A stretch of DNA of 64,000 nt from an uncultured Pelagibacteraceae bacterium (GCA_902524535.1 CABZDR010000004.1:11902-75901); one strand, 5' to 3'; shown: positions 28,132 to 37,662, counted from the stretch's first letter. Notes: generated from the letters alone by a model not told the origin. Translations and numbers: made by a program.

Positions 28132-29592
28132 GTGAGTCAACTTAAAAATTCAAATAAATCACTCATTAATTGGGACTTAGTCGCTGTCAATCCAAATAAT
28201 AAAAACTGGGATTGGAAAGACTTATTTTATTTTTGGGGTGTCAATATTCAAAGTGTCATTGGTTTTTCCTTGATTGCCTCTTTATATGTTGTCTATGATT
28301 TAAACACTTTTATCGTTTTTTTTGGTACATTAATAGGTTCATTGTTAGTTTATTTTTTTTCAAACTTAATTGGGGAGCCTTCACAAAAGTTTGGATTACC
28401 TTTTGTAGTTTTATTGAGATCTTCTTTAGGTGTAAAAGGTGCAAAATATTTTGGTTTGATAAGAACTTTAGTTGGTATTTTTATGTTTGGAATACAAACA
28501 TATTTTTTGTCAAAAGCATTTGTTTATTTGATACGAATATTAATTTTTTCAATTGATTCATCATTGCTTGATCAAGAAGTCTTTTTATTATTTTTTTTAG
28601 GTCTAAATATAATTGATTGGATTTCAATTATACTGTCAATTCTTGTTCAAGTATCTTTGTTTAGTGTTGGAATGGTATTTAATAGAAAAATTATGAAATT
28701 TTCAGCAATAACTGTTTACATCGGAATTTTTATGTTTTTTTTGATTGTTCTATTAAATGACGTAAAAATTTCTTCTCAAGCATTTTTACAATCAGTAAAT
28801 TATTATAATTTTTTTGATCAAAAAAACTTTATACCTCTATTAACTGTTGCTGGCACTGTTTTTGCTTATTTCTCAATAATTATTTTGAGTTATGGAGATT
28901 TTTCCCGTCATGTAAAAAATAAGAGTGAGTTAAAAAAAGGAAATCTGAGCTTAATACTTAATTTGGTTGTTTTTTCTTTTATGGCTTTATTTATTGTTAG
29001 TGGTGCAGATGCTTTAATAAAACAAGATGCACAAAATTTATCAAGAATTCTTACTAACCCAACTGACATAATAGGTAAAATGAACAATCTTTTAGTTACA
29101 ATTTTAGTACTGATTTTTATTATTATCGCATCTGCATCGACAAATTTGATCGCAAATTTTATACCATCGCAATATACATTAATAAATTTTATTCCTTCAT
29201 CAATATCGTTAAAAGGTGCAAGCTATACAATTGGATTTTTTGGATTTTTCCTTGGAGTCTTCTGGTTAACTTTTTTAAGTCAAATTGGAATTTTATCAAT
29301 AATAGATACCCTGGGAGCTTTTTTTGGTCCATTATTTGGACTGATGATTTGTGATTATTATTTTATCAAAAAAAATAAACTTAATAATAAAGATATTTAT
29401 TCACTAGATAAAAACGGGATTTATTACTATTCAGGTGGATGGCATTTAAAGGCAGTTTATTCGTTAATTTTAGGTTTTATTTTTGCAGCATCTACAATTT
29501 GGAATTCTAATTTAATGTTTTTACAATCATATTCATGGATTATGGGAGCATTTATTGCAGCCATTGTGTATTATTTACTTGCAAAAGATTAA
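28132..29592 (+). CDS. NCS1 family nucleobase:cation symporter
   Basis: W.W.....FW, GLPF.V..RSS.G..GA, FGIQT, DFSR, STN..AN, GP..G....DYY, YYY..GW. Confidence 0.85.
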   Translation: MSQLKNSNKSLINWDLVAVNPNNKNWDWKDLFYFWGVNIQSVIGFSLIASLYVVYDLNTFIVFFGTLIGSLLVYFFSNLIGEPSQKFGLPFVVLLRSSLGVKGAKYFGLIRTLVGIFMFGIQTYFLSKAFVYLIRILIFSIDSSLLDQEVFLLFFLGLNIIDWISIILSILVQVSLFSVGMVFNRKIMKFSAITVYIGIFMFFLIVLLNDVKISSQAFLQSVNYYNFFDQKNFIPLLTVAGTVFAYFSIIILSYGDFSRHVKNKSELKKGNLSLILNLVVFSFMALFIVSGADALIKQDAQNLSRILTNPTDIIGKMNNLLVTILVLIFIIIASASTNLIANFIPSQYTLINFIPSSISLKGASYTIGFFGFFLGVFWLTFLSQIGILSIIDTLGAFFGPLFGLMICDYYFIKKNKLNNKDIYSLDKNGIYYYSGGWHLKAVYSLILGFIFAASTIWNSNLMFLQSYSWIMGAFIAAIVYYLLAKD

Positions 29593-29601
29593 TTAAATTC
29601 A

Positions 29602-30354
29602 ATGAAAAAAAATCAATATAATTTTGAAAACAGAACTGCTCTTGTTACCGGAGGAGCACAAGGTTTTGGTCTTGATATCACCAAAAGATTCTTAGACTCG
29701 GGTGCTAAAGTAGTTATATGGGATATTGACGATAAAGTATTAGATAAAACAAAAAAAGATGTTAACAATGTTAATTTGATTTCAGATATTGTTGATGTTT
29801 CAGTTTATAAAGATGTTGAAAAAGCTGCCTCAAAAATTTTAAGTAATTCAAATATAGATATACTAATTAATAACGCCGGTATTACTGGACCAACAGCTCC
29901 GTTGTGGAAATATGAAGTAGAAAAATGGAATAAGATTATAGAAATTAATTTATTTGGAACCTTTAATTGTTGCAGAGCGATAGTGCCTAATATGATTGAA
30001 AACAATTATGGAAGGATTGTCAATGTAGCCTCTGTTGCTGGAAAAGATGGAAATGCTAATGCGAGTGCATATAGTGCCGGAAAAGCTGGAGCTATTGGAC
30101 TTACAAAATCATTAGGAAAGGAGCTTGCTGATAAAAATATTGCAGTAAATGCAGTGACGCCAGCTGGAGCCAAAACTCGTATTCTAGATCAAATGAGTAA
30201 AGAGCATGTGCAAAGGATGCTTTCTAAGGTTCCAAGAGGAAGATTTTTAGAAGTTGAAGAATTTACATCGTTAATTTGCTGGCTTTCATCAGAGGAAAAT
30301 ACCTTTTCAACTGCTGCAGTGTTTGATATCAGTGGTGGCCGTTCAACGTATTAA
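29602..30354 (+). CDS. SDR oxidoreductase
   Basis: TGGAQGFG, NNAGITGP, NVASVAGKDGN...SAYSAGKAG, KSLGKELA, FSTAAVFDISGGRSTY. Confidence 0.9.
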   Translation: MKKNQYNFENRTALVTGGAQGFGLDITKRFLDSGAKVVIWDIDDKVLDKTKKDVNNVNLISDIVDVSVYKDVEKAASKILSNSNIDILINNAGITGPTAPLWKYEVEKWNKIIEINLFGTFNCCRAIVPNMIENNYGRIVNVASVAGKDGNANASAYSAGKAGAIGLTKSLGKELADKNIAVNAVTPAGAKTRILDQMSKEHVQRMLSKVPRGRFLEVEEFTSLICWLSSEENTFSTAAVFDISGGRSTY

Positions 30355-30488
30355 CTTTGGTATTTTGGCTCAACTACCTTTTCATTATTCAATTTTGCTC
30401 TACTAAATTTGAGATCTTTTGACATAACTGGCGCAAAAATCATTATTGACCAGTAAATAAGTAATAAAAATATCGAAATTGTCTTCAT
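30351..30488 (-). CDS. Small protein with hydrophobic N-terminus (45 aa)
   Basis: Read manually: MKTISIFLLLIYWSIMIFAPVMSKDLKFSRAKLNNEKVVEPKYQS*. Confidence 0.5.
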   Translation of the reverse strand: MKTISIFLLLIYWSIMIFAPVMSKDLKFSRAKLNNEKVVEPKYQS

Positions 30489-30562
30489 ATTTTAAATATA
30501 GAACTAAATGTTGAATTTTGAATGTTTAAATTTTGTCAAAATAATGTATTAACAATTTTTTT

Positions 30563-31213
30563 ATGAAATTTTTTACACAAACTTTTGTCATTTCAATTCT
30601 TGCAATTAATTTTTCTTTTGCATCTGAAATAAAAGTCTTTGATTTTACAGAAACCGAACTCTCACAATTACAAGTTAGAAAAGTAAGAGGTGCTGATAAT
30701 AAAACAATTTATTCTGTTGGAAAAAATGAAAATGGAAATTTTTTAAAATCAGAGGCTAATAACGCAGCATCTGGTCTTGGTAAGGAGATAATCATTGATC
30801 TCAATAAAACTCCCTTTATTAACATTACTTGGAAAATTGAACAGGATTTAAATGGAATTAAAGAAAATTCAAAAAAGGGACATGATTATGCAGCTAGAGT
30901 TTTTGTCATTAAAAAGACAGGCGCTACACCTCTATCTAATAGAGCTATAAATTACGTTTTTTCTAGTAATAATGATGTTGGGTTAAATTGGCCTAGTCCC
31001 TACACAAAAAAATCAATAGATAACGTGTTGGCTAGTACAAAAAAAAATATGAATGAATGGGTAACTGTTAAGGCTAATGTAAAAGAGGATTTTAAAAGAT
31101 TTCATAACTTAGATGTAAAAGAATTGGACGGAGTTGCTATAATGTCTGATACCGATAACTCAAAAATGAAATCAATTGCATACTTCCAAAATATTTATTT
31201 TTCTGAAAAATAA
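30563..31213 (+). CDS. DUF3047 domain secreted protein
   Basis: Signal peptide, TPFINITWK, K.GHDYAARVFV, AINYV, W.SPYT, AIMSDTDN. Confidence 0.8.
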   Translation: MKFFTQTFVISILAINFSFASEIKVFDFTETELSQLQVRKVRGADNKTIYSVGKNENGNFLKSEANNAASGLGKEIIIDLNKTPFINITWKIEQDLNGIKENSKKGHDYAARVFVIKKTGATPLSNRAINYVFSSNNDVGLNWPSPYTKKSIDNVLASTKKNMNEWVTVKANVKEDFKRFHNLDVKELDGVAIMSDTDNSKMKSIAYFQNIYFSEK

Positions 31214-31354
31214 TTAAAATTTTAGGTACTTTTTTAACCAGAGATTAAATAAAGATAAAATAACTGCAACGATAACATCTTCTAAAGGACTTGCTTGTGG
31301 GTAACCAAAATTCCACGCTACTACCATTACTAGCCAAATCACAAAAATATTCAT
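31214..31354 (-). CDS. Small two-TM membrane protein (46 aa)
   Basis: Read manually: MNIFVIWLVMVVAWNFGYPQASPLEDVIVAVILSLFNLWLKKYLKF*. Helix-WNFGYPQASP-helix hairpin. Confidence 0.6.
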   Translation of the reverse strand: MNIFVIWLVMVVAWNFGYPQASPLEDVIVAVILSLFNLWLKKYLKF

Positions 31355-31411
31355 GTTAAATCTTATATCTTAGATTGTATGAAATATAAAATTCTTTGAT
31401 ATAGTCTAATA

Positions 31412-31834
31412 ATGCATGACAATTTCTTTCATAAATTAAAAGTATACTATGAAGATACAGATTCAGGAGGAGTAGTATATTATGCAAATTATTTAAAGTT
31501 TCTTGAGCGAGCAAGGACAGAGGCTTTGTATTCAATTGGTTATAGTAATAAAAAAGTAAAAGGGGATTTTGAGTCATTAATTATTGTTAAATCTTGTAAC
31601 ATAGAATACAAAAAACCTGCTTATCTGGAAGATGAATTAACAATTAGATCTTTTGTAAAATCTATTAGCAAAACATCTTTTTCAATGAATCAAATTATTA
31701 CAAGAGGTGACGATAAAATTGTAGATGCACATATTCAACTGGTATTTGTAGATAAAAAAGGCAAACCAAAAAAAATACCAGAAGAAATTTATTCAAAATT
31801 TAAACCATATTTTTGTGATACAATTAAAAGTTAG
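31412..31834 (+). CDS. ybgC: YbgC-family acyl-CoA thioesterase
   Basis: VYYEDTDSGGVVYYANYLKFLERARTE. Confidence 0.9.
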   Translation: MHDNFFHKLKVYYEDTDSGGVVYYANYLKFLERARTEALYSIGYSNKKVKGDFESLIIVKSCNIEYKKPAYLEDELTIRSFVKSISKTSFSMNQIITRGDDKIVDAHIQLVFVDKKGKPKKIPEEIYSKFKPYFCDTIKS

Positions 31835-32504
31835 CAAGTTTTTTTGCCTTTACGAATAAATTTACCATCATTGTGGTTGAAATTAATTTTGTGTTAACAT
31901 TTCTTGGGCTTGGGTGGTAACTCGATAATATTATTAATCCATTTGGTAATACTTGTTTTTTGCCGTGTTTAAAAATGAATTTTTCTTTGATATTAAATTT
32001 TTGTTTATATAATTTTATACAATTATCAAAAGCTACTTTACCTAAGGTGACTATTACTTTAAGTTTTTTTAAGGATAAAATTTCTTGATCAAAGAAATTA
32101 GAACAGTTTGTTATCTCTTTACTCAATGGTTTGTCTTGAGGAGGAACACATTTAAGAATATTGGTAATATAGGTAGATTTTAAATTTAAGTTATCATTTA
32201 AATGTTTTGAGAATGGTAAATTAGAAATTCCTGCTTGAAATAAACATTTAAATAAAAAATCACCAGATTTATCCCCTGTAAAAGCTCTGCCAGTTCTTGT
32301 ACCGCCATGAGCTGCTGGTGCTAAACCTATGATTGCTAATTTTGAATTTATATTTCCAAAACCTGGAACAGGTTTTCCCCAGTAAATTTCATCCCTATTT
32401 TGTTTTCTTTTATCATTACTTACTTTATTCACAAATTTTACTAATCTTGGACATTTCCTACAATTAATTATTGTTTTATTTAAATTGCTTAATTTAATAT
32501 CCAT
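31824..32504 (-). CDS. Uracil-DNA glycosylase family 5 (UdgB-like, Fe-S)
   Basis: CRKCPRL, YWGKPVPGFG, GLAPAAHGG.RTGR.FTGD, KCVPP, YHPSPRN. Confidence 0.9.
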   Translation of the reverse strand: MDIKLSNLNKTIINCRKCPRLVKFVNKVSNDKRKQNRDEIYWGKPVPGFGNINSKLAIIGLAPAAHGGTRTGRAFTGDKSGDFLFKCLFQAGISNLPFSKHLNDNLNLKSTYITNILKCVPPQDKPLSKEITNCSNFFDQEILSLKKLKVIVTLGKVAFDNCIKLYKQKFNIKEKFIFKHGKKQVLPNGLIILSSYHPSPRNVNTKLISTTMMVNLFVKAKKLANF

Positions 32505-32507
32505 AAA

Positions 32508-33065
32508 ATGAAATTTATAAAAATTTTTATATTTATATTTATATCCTTAACTAGTTCTATTAAAGCAGATTTAGATAAAAATTTAGTTAGCGAACTTGAA
32601 GATGGTGGAAAATTAATATTTATAAGACACGCATATGCACCTGGAGGTGGTGATCCAAATAATTTCAATTTAAACGATTGTTCAACTCAAAGAAATTTAA
32701 GTAATGAAGGTAAAAATCAAGCTAAAAATATTGGGGAATTTTTTAAAAAGAATAAAATCAAAATAGATAAAGTAATCTCAAGTGAATGGTGTAGGTGCAA
32801 AGATACTTCTAGCTTAGCTTTTGGAAGTTTTGAGACCAAAAATTTCTTGAATTCATTTTACAGTTCAAAGTTTGCTAAAAACAAGAAATCCCAAATGTTA
32901 GATTTGAGGAAGTATATCAAAAACTTTAAAAGCAAAAAAAATTTAGTATTAGTTACTCATTATGTTGTAATTTCTGAGGCTTTGAATTATGCACCATCAT
33001 CTGGAGAAATTATTATTTCGGATAAAAAATTTAATATAATAGGAACTTTTAAAACAAATTATTAA
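32508..33065 (+). CDS. Histidine phosphatase family protein (secreted)
   Basis: IRHA..PG.GDP...CSTQRNL, SSEWCRC..T, LVTH. Confidence 0.88.
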   Translation: MKFIKIFIFIFISLTSSIKADLDKNLVSELEDGGKLIFIRHAYAPGGGDPNNFNLNDCSTQRNLSNEGKNQAKNIGEFFKKNKIKIDKVISSEWCRCKDTSSLAFGSFETKNFLNSFYSSKFAKNKKSQMLDLRKYIKNFKSKKNLVLVTHYVVISEALNYAPSSGEIIISDKKFNIIGTFKTNY

Positions 33066-33071
33066 AATTTT

Positions 33072-33197
33072 ATGTCATCTAAACGAGCAATGAAACAAGC
33101 CCAAAAGCTGGCCTATGCTAAACATAGGAGCAATATTACAAATAATCGTTTCAATTCAAGAAAAAGAAACTTTAATAAGAATAAAAAAAAAAATTAA
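33072..33197 (+). CDS. Small basic protein (41 aa)
   Basis: Read manually: MSSKRAMKQAQKLAYAKHRSNITNNRFNSRKRNFNKNKKKN*. Fills the intergenic gap exactly. Confidence 0.5.
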   Translation: MSSKRAMKQAQKLAYAKHRSNITNNRFNSRKRNFNKNKKKN

Positions 33198-33628
33198 CTT
33201 TCTTTTTCAAATTTTTCTATTTTTTTACACGTAGAAATTTTTGATAAGCCTTCCTCATTGTTTAAAACTGACTTCATAAAAATTTCTGATTTACCTTTTT
33301 CAATTAAAATTTGAGTGTAAAATTGAGGGTAGCCATGTTTAAGAGTTAATATTTTTCCATCTTCTTCATATATATTAGTAATATAGGTATTAGCTTTTTT
33401 TACACTTAAATCTGTTTTTTTATGTTTTTTGAAGGTTTGTTCTTTGTAAACGTAATTTCTTGTCATTGTTAATTCATCAAGATTAATTACATACTCATTT
33501 TTTAAAAATTCATCTTGCTTATCATCACACTTACTCATAATAATTATTTCTGATTTTAGTTGTTGTACTGGTAGAAAAATAAAGAGAAAAAATATTAAAA
33601 AATTAACTTTTTTCATGTTTCTCAGCAA
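33194..33628 (-). CDS. Hypothetical secreted protein (true start probably MKKVNF)
   Basis: Signal-peptide-like N-terminus; two Cys near the termini of the mature part. Confidence 0.65.
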   Translation of the reverse strand: MLRNMKKVNFLIFFLFIFLPVQQLKSEIIIMSKCDDKQDEFLKNEYVINLDELTMTRNYVYKEQTFKKHKKTDLSVKKANTYITNIYEEDGKILTLKHGYPQFYTQILIEKGKSEIFMKSVLNNEEGLSKISTCKKIEKFEKES

Positions 33629-33776
33629 AAAATAAGCCTATTAAAAGCAAAGCCGTCCAACCGAGACCTAAAAGTCCTTTAAAAACACTTGTATCTGCGC
33701 TCCAAATTTTAAGAAACAATGCACCAAAGATAAGTCCTAAAATGTATATGATTATTACAATTGAAGTTTTACTCAT
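33603..33776 (-). CDS. Small two-TM membrane protein (57 aa)
   Basis: Read manually: MSKTSIVIIIYILGLIFGALFLKIWSADTSVFKGLLGLGWTALLLIGLFFAEKHEKS*. Overlaps both neighbours as in an operon. Confidence 0.65.
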   Translation of the reverse strand: MSKTSIVIIIYILGLIFGALFLKIWSADTSVFKGLLGLGWTALLLIGLFFAEKHEKS

Positions 33777-34020
33777 TTTTTAAATTTTTTTTGAATAAAG
33801 AAATACCATTTTCAATTTTATATGTATAGGACTCTTCAAAACTTTTTAATTGCCACCCAGATAGTCTTTTTTTAATAATATCCAAGTTTTCTTTTTTCCA
33901 TTGATCTGATGTTTCTTCAAGTTTCCAAATTTTTTTTTCGTCATTAGTTCTTCCACAACCATAACAATATCCTGATTTTGGATCTGTTTTACAAATACTT
34001 ATACATGGAGAAATAATCAT
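33769..34020 (-). CDS. DUF1289 domain Cys-rich protein
   Basis: SPCISICKTD...GYCYGCGRT..E...W. Confidence 0.85.
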   Translation of the reverse strand: MIISPCISICKTDPKSGYCYGCGRTNDEKKIWKLEETSDQWKKENLDIIKKRLSGWQLKSFEESYTYKIENGISLFKKNLKNE

Positions 34021-34108
34021 GTTAATATTATAGAGGAAATTTATTATAATTTACAATAATTCTCGTTGGACAAATAGTTTCAATACTATATAAAACCACT
34101 AAATTTGT

Positions 34109-34193
34109 GGGGCGATGGCGGAATTGGTAGACGCGTTGGTCTTAGGAACCAATAGAGCAATCTGTGAAGGTTCGAGTCCTTTTCGCCCTACCA
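34109..34193 (+). tRNA. tRNA-Leu(TAG)
   Basis: Acceptor GGGGCGA/TCGCCCT-A-CCA, anticodon arm TTGGT-CT TAG GA-ACCAA, long variable arm, GGTTCGAGTCC. Confidence 0.97.
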
Positions 34194-34206
34194 CTTAATA
34201 AAATTT

Positions 34207-35631
34207 ATGAAAGTAACAGTCGAAAATAAAAAAGGTTTAAACAAAGATCTTAAAGTATTCGTGGATAAGAAAACTATGAGTACTTATATGGACGAGAAGT
34301 ATGAGGAAATAAAAGGAACTGTTAATCTAAAAGGTTTTAGACCAGGTAAAGTTCCTAAAGAAATTCTAAAAAGACAATTTGGTAAGGTTGTTTTTGGTGA
34401 AGTTTTAGATAAGGTTATTAAAGAAACCTCAACAAAAGCATTAGAGGAAAATAAAATTAAACCTGCTGGCCAACCAAAATTAGATCTTAAAACCTACGGG
34501 GAAGACAAAGAACTTGAATATATAATTTCTGTAACAGAACTTCCTAAAGTTGAAACTAAATCTATAGAGAACATCAAATTTATCGAATACAAAGTTAAAA
34601 TTGATGAAAAAGAAACTGATAAAAGAATAAATGAAATTGCAAAAAACCAACCTAATTTTAAAGAGTCTCCCCAAGATAGTAAAGCCAAAGAGGGAGACTT
34701 AGTAATATTTGACTACAAAGCTACAGTTGATGACAAGCCATTTAAAGGAGATGAAGGCAAAAATACACAATTAACATTAGGCAAAGATTTATTTTTAAAA
34801 GGTTTTGATAAACAATTAATTGGTGTAAAAAAAGGTGACGAAAAACTAGTTGAAGCTATTTTACCAGAAAACTTTCCAGAAAAAGATTTAGTAAATAAAA
34901 AAGCCAAGTTTAATTGTAAAATTACTTTAATTAAACATCCTGAAAAAGTAGTTATAGATGATGAATTTGCTAAAAATTTAGGAGCAAAAGACTTAAAAGA
35001 TCTAAAGTCGCTGATATCTAAGCAAATAAACGATGAGTATAAAAATTCATTAGATAGACTCTCAAAAAATCAAATTTTGAAGGAAATAGAAAAATTTAAA
35101 GTAAATGAGATCCCAGAAAATTTAATTGAGGAAGAAGTAAAGATACTTTCACAAGGCATGAAAGAAGAAGATGCAAAAAAAAGTAAAAAAAATTTTGAAG
35201 ACGTGGCGAAAAAAAGAATTAAAGTCGGTTTAATACTTAATGAGTTTGGTGAACAAAATAAAATTAGTGTTACAGAACAAGAATTACAAGCAGAAGTTCA
35301 AAAGCAAATTAGAATGATGCCTGGTCAAGAAAAAATGGTAATGGATTTTTATCAAAAAAATAAATCAGCTTTGGCAAGTTTAAGAGGCACTGTTTATGAG
35401 GAAAAAATCATATCTGCTATCAAAGAAAAAGCAAAAGGTAGTCTAAAAGAAGTCACAAAAGATGAAGCTGAAAAAATTTTGAAGGAGTCACAAAAAACAG
35501 AGAGTGATGTCTTAAATGAGAAAAAAGTTTTAAAAGATAAAAAAGTAGAAGCAAAAAAATCTCCTACTAAAAAATCTTCAATAAAATCAGCTAAATCAAA
35601 ACCTAAAGCAAAAAAAGTTAGCAAAAAGTAA
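34207..35631 (+). CDS. tig: Trigger factor
   Basis: GFRPGKVP ribosome-binding motif, FKBP-like middle domain; position between tRNA-Leu and clpP. Confidence 0.96.
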   Translation: MKVTVENKKGLNKDLKVFVDKKTMSTYMDEKYEEIKGTVNLKGFRPGKVPKEILKRQFGKVVFGEVLDKVIKETSTKALEENKIKPAGQPKLDLKTYGEDKELEYIISVTELPKVETKSIENIKFIEYKVKIDEKETDKRINEIAKNQPNFKESPQDSKAKEGDLVIFDYKATVDDKPFKGDEGKNTQLTLGKDLFLKGFDKQLIGVKKGDEKLVEAILPENFPEKDLVNKKAKFNCKITLIKHPEKVVIDDEFAKNLGAKDLKDLKSLISKQINDEYKNSLDRLSKNQILKEIEKFKVNEIPENLIEEEVKILSQGMKEEDAKKSKKNFEDVAKKRIKVGLILNEFGEQNKISVTEQELQAEVQKQIRMMPGQEKMVMDFYQKNKSALASLRGTVYEEKIISAIKEKAKGSLKEVTKDEAEKILKESQKTESDVLNEKKVLKDKKVEAKKSPTKKSSIKSAKSKPKAKKVSKK

Positions 35632-35663
35632 GCACAAGTTGTATAAGTAAAACGAATCAACTT

Positions 35664-36275
35664 ATGACAACAAAAATTGCTGAACACATGAACACTCTTG
35701 TCCCTATGGTTGTTGAACAATCTAATAAAGGTGAAAGAGCATATGATATTTATTCTAGACTTTTGAAGGAAAGAATAATTTTTTTAACCGGTCAAATTAA
35801 TGATACTGTTGCTTCCTTAGTGACTGCACAACTTTTATTTTTGGAAGCTGAGGATCCCAAAAAAGAAATTTATTTTTACATAAATAGTCCAGGTGGATTA
35901 GTAACAGCTGGATTAGGCATTTATGATACGATGCAATATATAAAACCAGAAATTTCAACTTTATGCATTGGTCAAGCTGCATCAATGGGTTCTTTTTTAT
36001 TGGCCGCAGGCAGTAAAGGTAAAAGATTTTCATTACCAAATTCTAGAATTATGGTTCATCAGCCCTCAGCTGGTTTTCAAGGACAGGCTACTGATATTGA
36101 AATTCATGCAAAAGAAGTTCTAGATTTAAAAAATAGATTAAATGAAATTTACTCAAAACACACAGGTAAATCAGTTGAGGAAATAAAATCTGCTCTAGAA
36201 AGAGATAATTTTATGACAGCTGGTATTGCTAAAGATTTTGGTTTAGTAGATGAAGTTGTTGAGAAAAGATCTTAA
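35664..36275 (+). CDS. clpP: ATP-dependent Clp protease proteolytic subunit
   Basis: [35 protein letters not shown]. Confidence 0.98.
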   Translation: MTTKIAEHMNTLVPMVVEQSNKGERAYDIYSRLLKERIIFLTGQINDTVASLVTAQLLFLEAEDPKKEIYFYINSPGGLVTAGLGIYDTMQYIKPEISTLCIGQAASMGSFLLAAGSKGKRFSLPNSRIMVHQPSAGFQGQATDIEIHAKEVLDLKNRLNEIYSKHTGKSVEEIKSALERDNFMTAGIAKDFGLVDEVVEKRS

Positions 36276-36276
36276 A

Positions 36277-36292
36277 ACACAACATATTGTAA
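36277..36292. promoter_or_regulatory. NrdR-box-like sequence ACACAACATATTGTAA
   Basis: Close to the recalled NrdR consensus acaCwAtATaTwGtgt; unusual context upstream of clpX. Confidence 0.3.
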
Positions 36293-36364
36293 CAACTAAT
36301 AATAGAACTTGATAACATAATCTTCTTTATAATAAAGTAATCTTATTGATTCGTTTTTAAAATT

Positions 36365-37636
36365 ATGAGCACAAATAATAAAAATATTCTCTATTGTTCC
36401 TTTTGTGGAAAGAGCCAACATGAAGTCAGAAAACTGATCGCTGGACCTACCGTATTCATATGTGATGAGTGTGTTGAGCTTTGTATGGATATAATTAAAG
36501 AAGAGAACAAAGATACTTTTGTAAAACACCAGGACGGATTACCATCACCAAAAGAAATTTGTACAGTTTTAGATGATTATGTAATCGGTCAAGGACATGC
36601 AAAAAAAGTTCTTTCTGTAGCAGTTCATAATCATTACAAAAGACTAAATTACGAGAATAAAACAAGTAAAAATGTTGAACTCTCAAAATCAAATATTCTT
36701 CTTGTAGGACCAACAGGCTGTGGAAAAACTTTATTAGCTCAGACTTTAGCAAGAATACTTGATGTACCTTTTACAATGGCTGATGCAACAACTTTGACCG
36801 AAGCAGGTTATGTTGGTGAAGACGTTGAAAACATTATATTAAAACTTTTACAGGCAGCTGACTATAATGTAGAAAAAGCTCAAAGAGGAATAGTTTATAT
36901 TGATGAGGTAGACAAGATTAGTAGAAAGTCAGAAAATCCCTCTATAACAAGAGATGTTTCAGGTGAGGGTGTTCAACAAGCGTTGCTTAAAATTATGGAA
37001 GGTACGATTGCAAGTGTTCCTCCTCAAGGTGGAAGAAAGCATCCTCAGCAAGAATTTTTACAAGTGGATACGACGAATATCTTATTTATTTGTGGCGGAG
37101 CTTTTGCTGGTTTAGAGAAAATTATTTCACAAAGAGACAAAGGCACATCCATAGGATTCGGTGCTGATGTAAAAAATACACAAGATAAAAAAACTGGTGA
37201 GTGGATGAAAGCTCTAGAACCTGAAGATTTATTAAAATATGGACTTATACCTGAATTTATTGGAAGACTTCCTATGATTGCAACTTTAGATGATTTAGAT
37301 GTCAAGTCTTTAATTAGAATAATTGAAGAACCTAAAAATTCATTAACAAAACAATATCAAGAATTATTTAAACTTGACGGAGCGAAATTAACTTTTAAAG
37401 AAAATGCTTTAAAAGAGATTGCCCTCAAAGCAATAAGGAAAAAAACTGGGGCAAGAGGTTTAAGAGCAATAATGGAGAATATTTTATTAAAAACGATGTA
37501 TGATTTACCCGGAATGGAAAATATTCAAGAAGTAATAGTTGATGCAAACTCAGCAAAAGGACTTTCTGAACCAATATTAATCCATTCGAAAGGTGATTCG
37601 AGCTCTGTTAAATCCAATAAAACAACAGCGGCTTAA
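36365..37636 (+). CDS. clpX: ATP-dependent Clp protease ATP-binding subunit ClpX
   Basis: CSFCGK Zn finger, [19 protein letters not shown] loop, TGARGLR. Confidence 0.98.
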   Translation: MSTNNKNILYCSFCGKSQHEVRKLIAGPTVFICDECVELCMDIIKEENKDTFVKHQDGLPSPKEICTVLDDYVIGQGHAKKVLSVAVHNHYKRLNYENKTSKNVELSKSNILLVGPTGCGKTLLAQTLARILDVPFTMADATTLTEAGYVGEDVENIILKLLQAADYNVEKAQRGIVYIDEVDKISRKSENPSITRDVSGEGVQQALLKIMEGTIASVPPQGGRKHPQQEFLQVDTTNILFICGGAFAGLEKIISQRDKGTSIGFGADVKNTQDKKTGEWMKALEPEDLLKYGLIPEFIGRLPMIATLDDLDVKSLIRIIEEPKNSLTKQYQELFKLDGAKLTFKENALKEIALKAIRKKTGARGLRAIMENILLKTMYDLPGMENIQEVIVDANSAKGLSEPILIHSKGDSSSVKSNKTTAA

Positions 37637-37662
37637 TATCCTTAATAAGTCATAAAAATCTA

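Noticed and set aside
11934-30005. Nested or antisense ORFs 11934-12146, 17598-17813, 21945-22199, 23390-23575, 27584-27910 and 29805-30005
   Set aside because: Fully inside conserved CDSs in another frame or strand, with no independent evidence.
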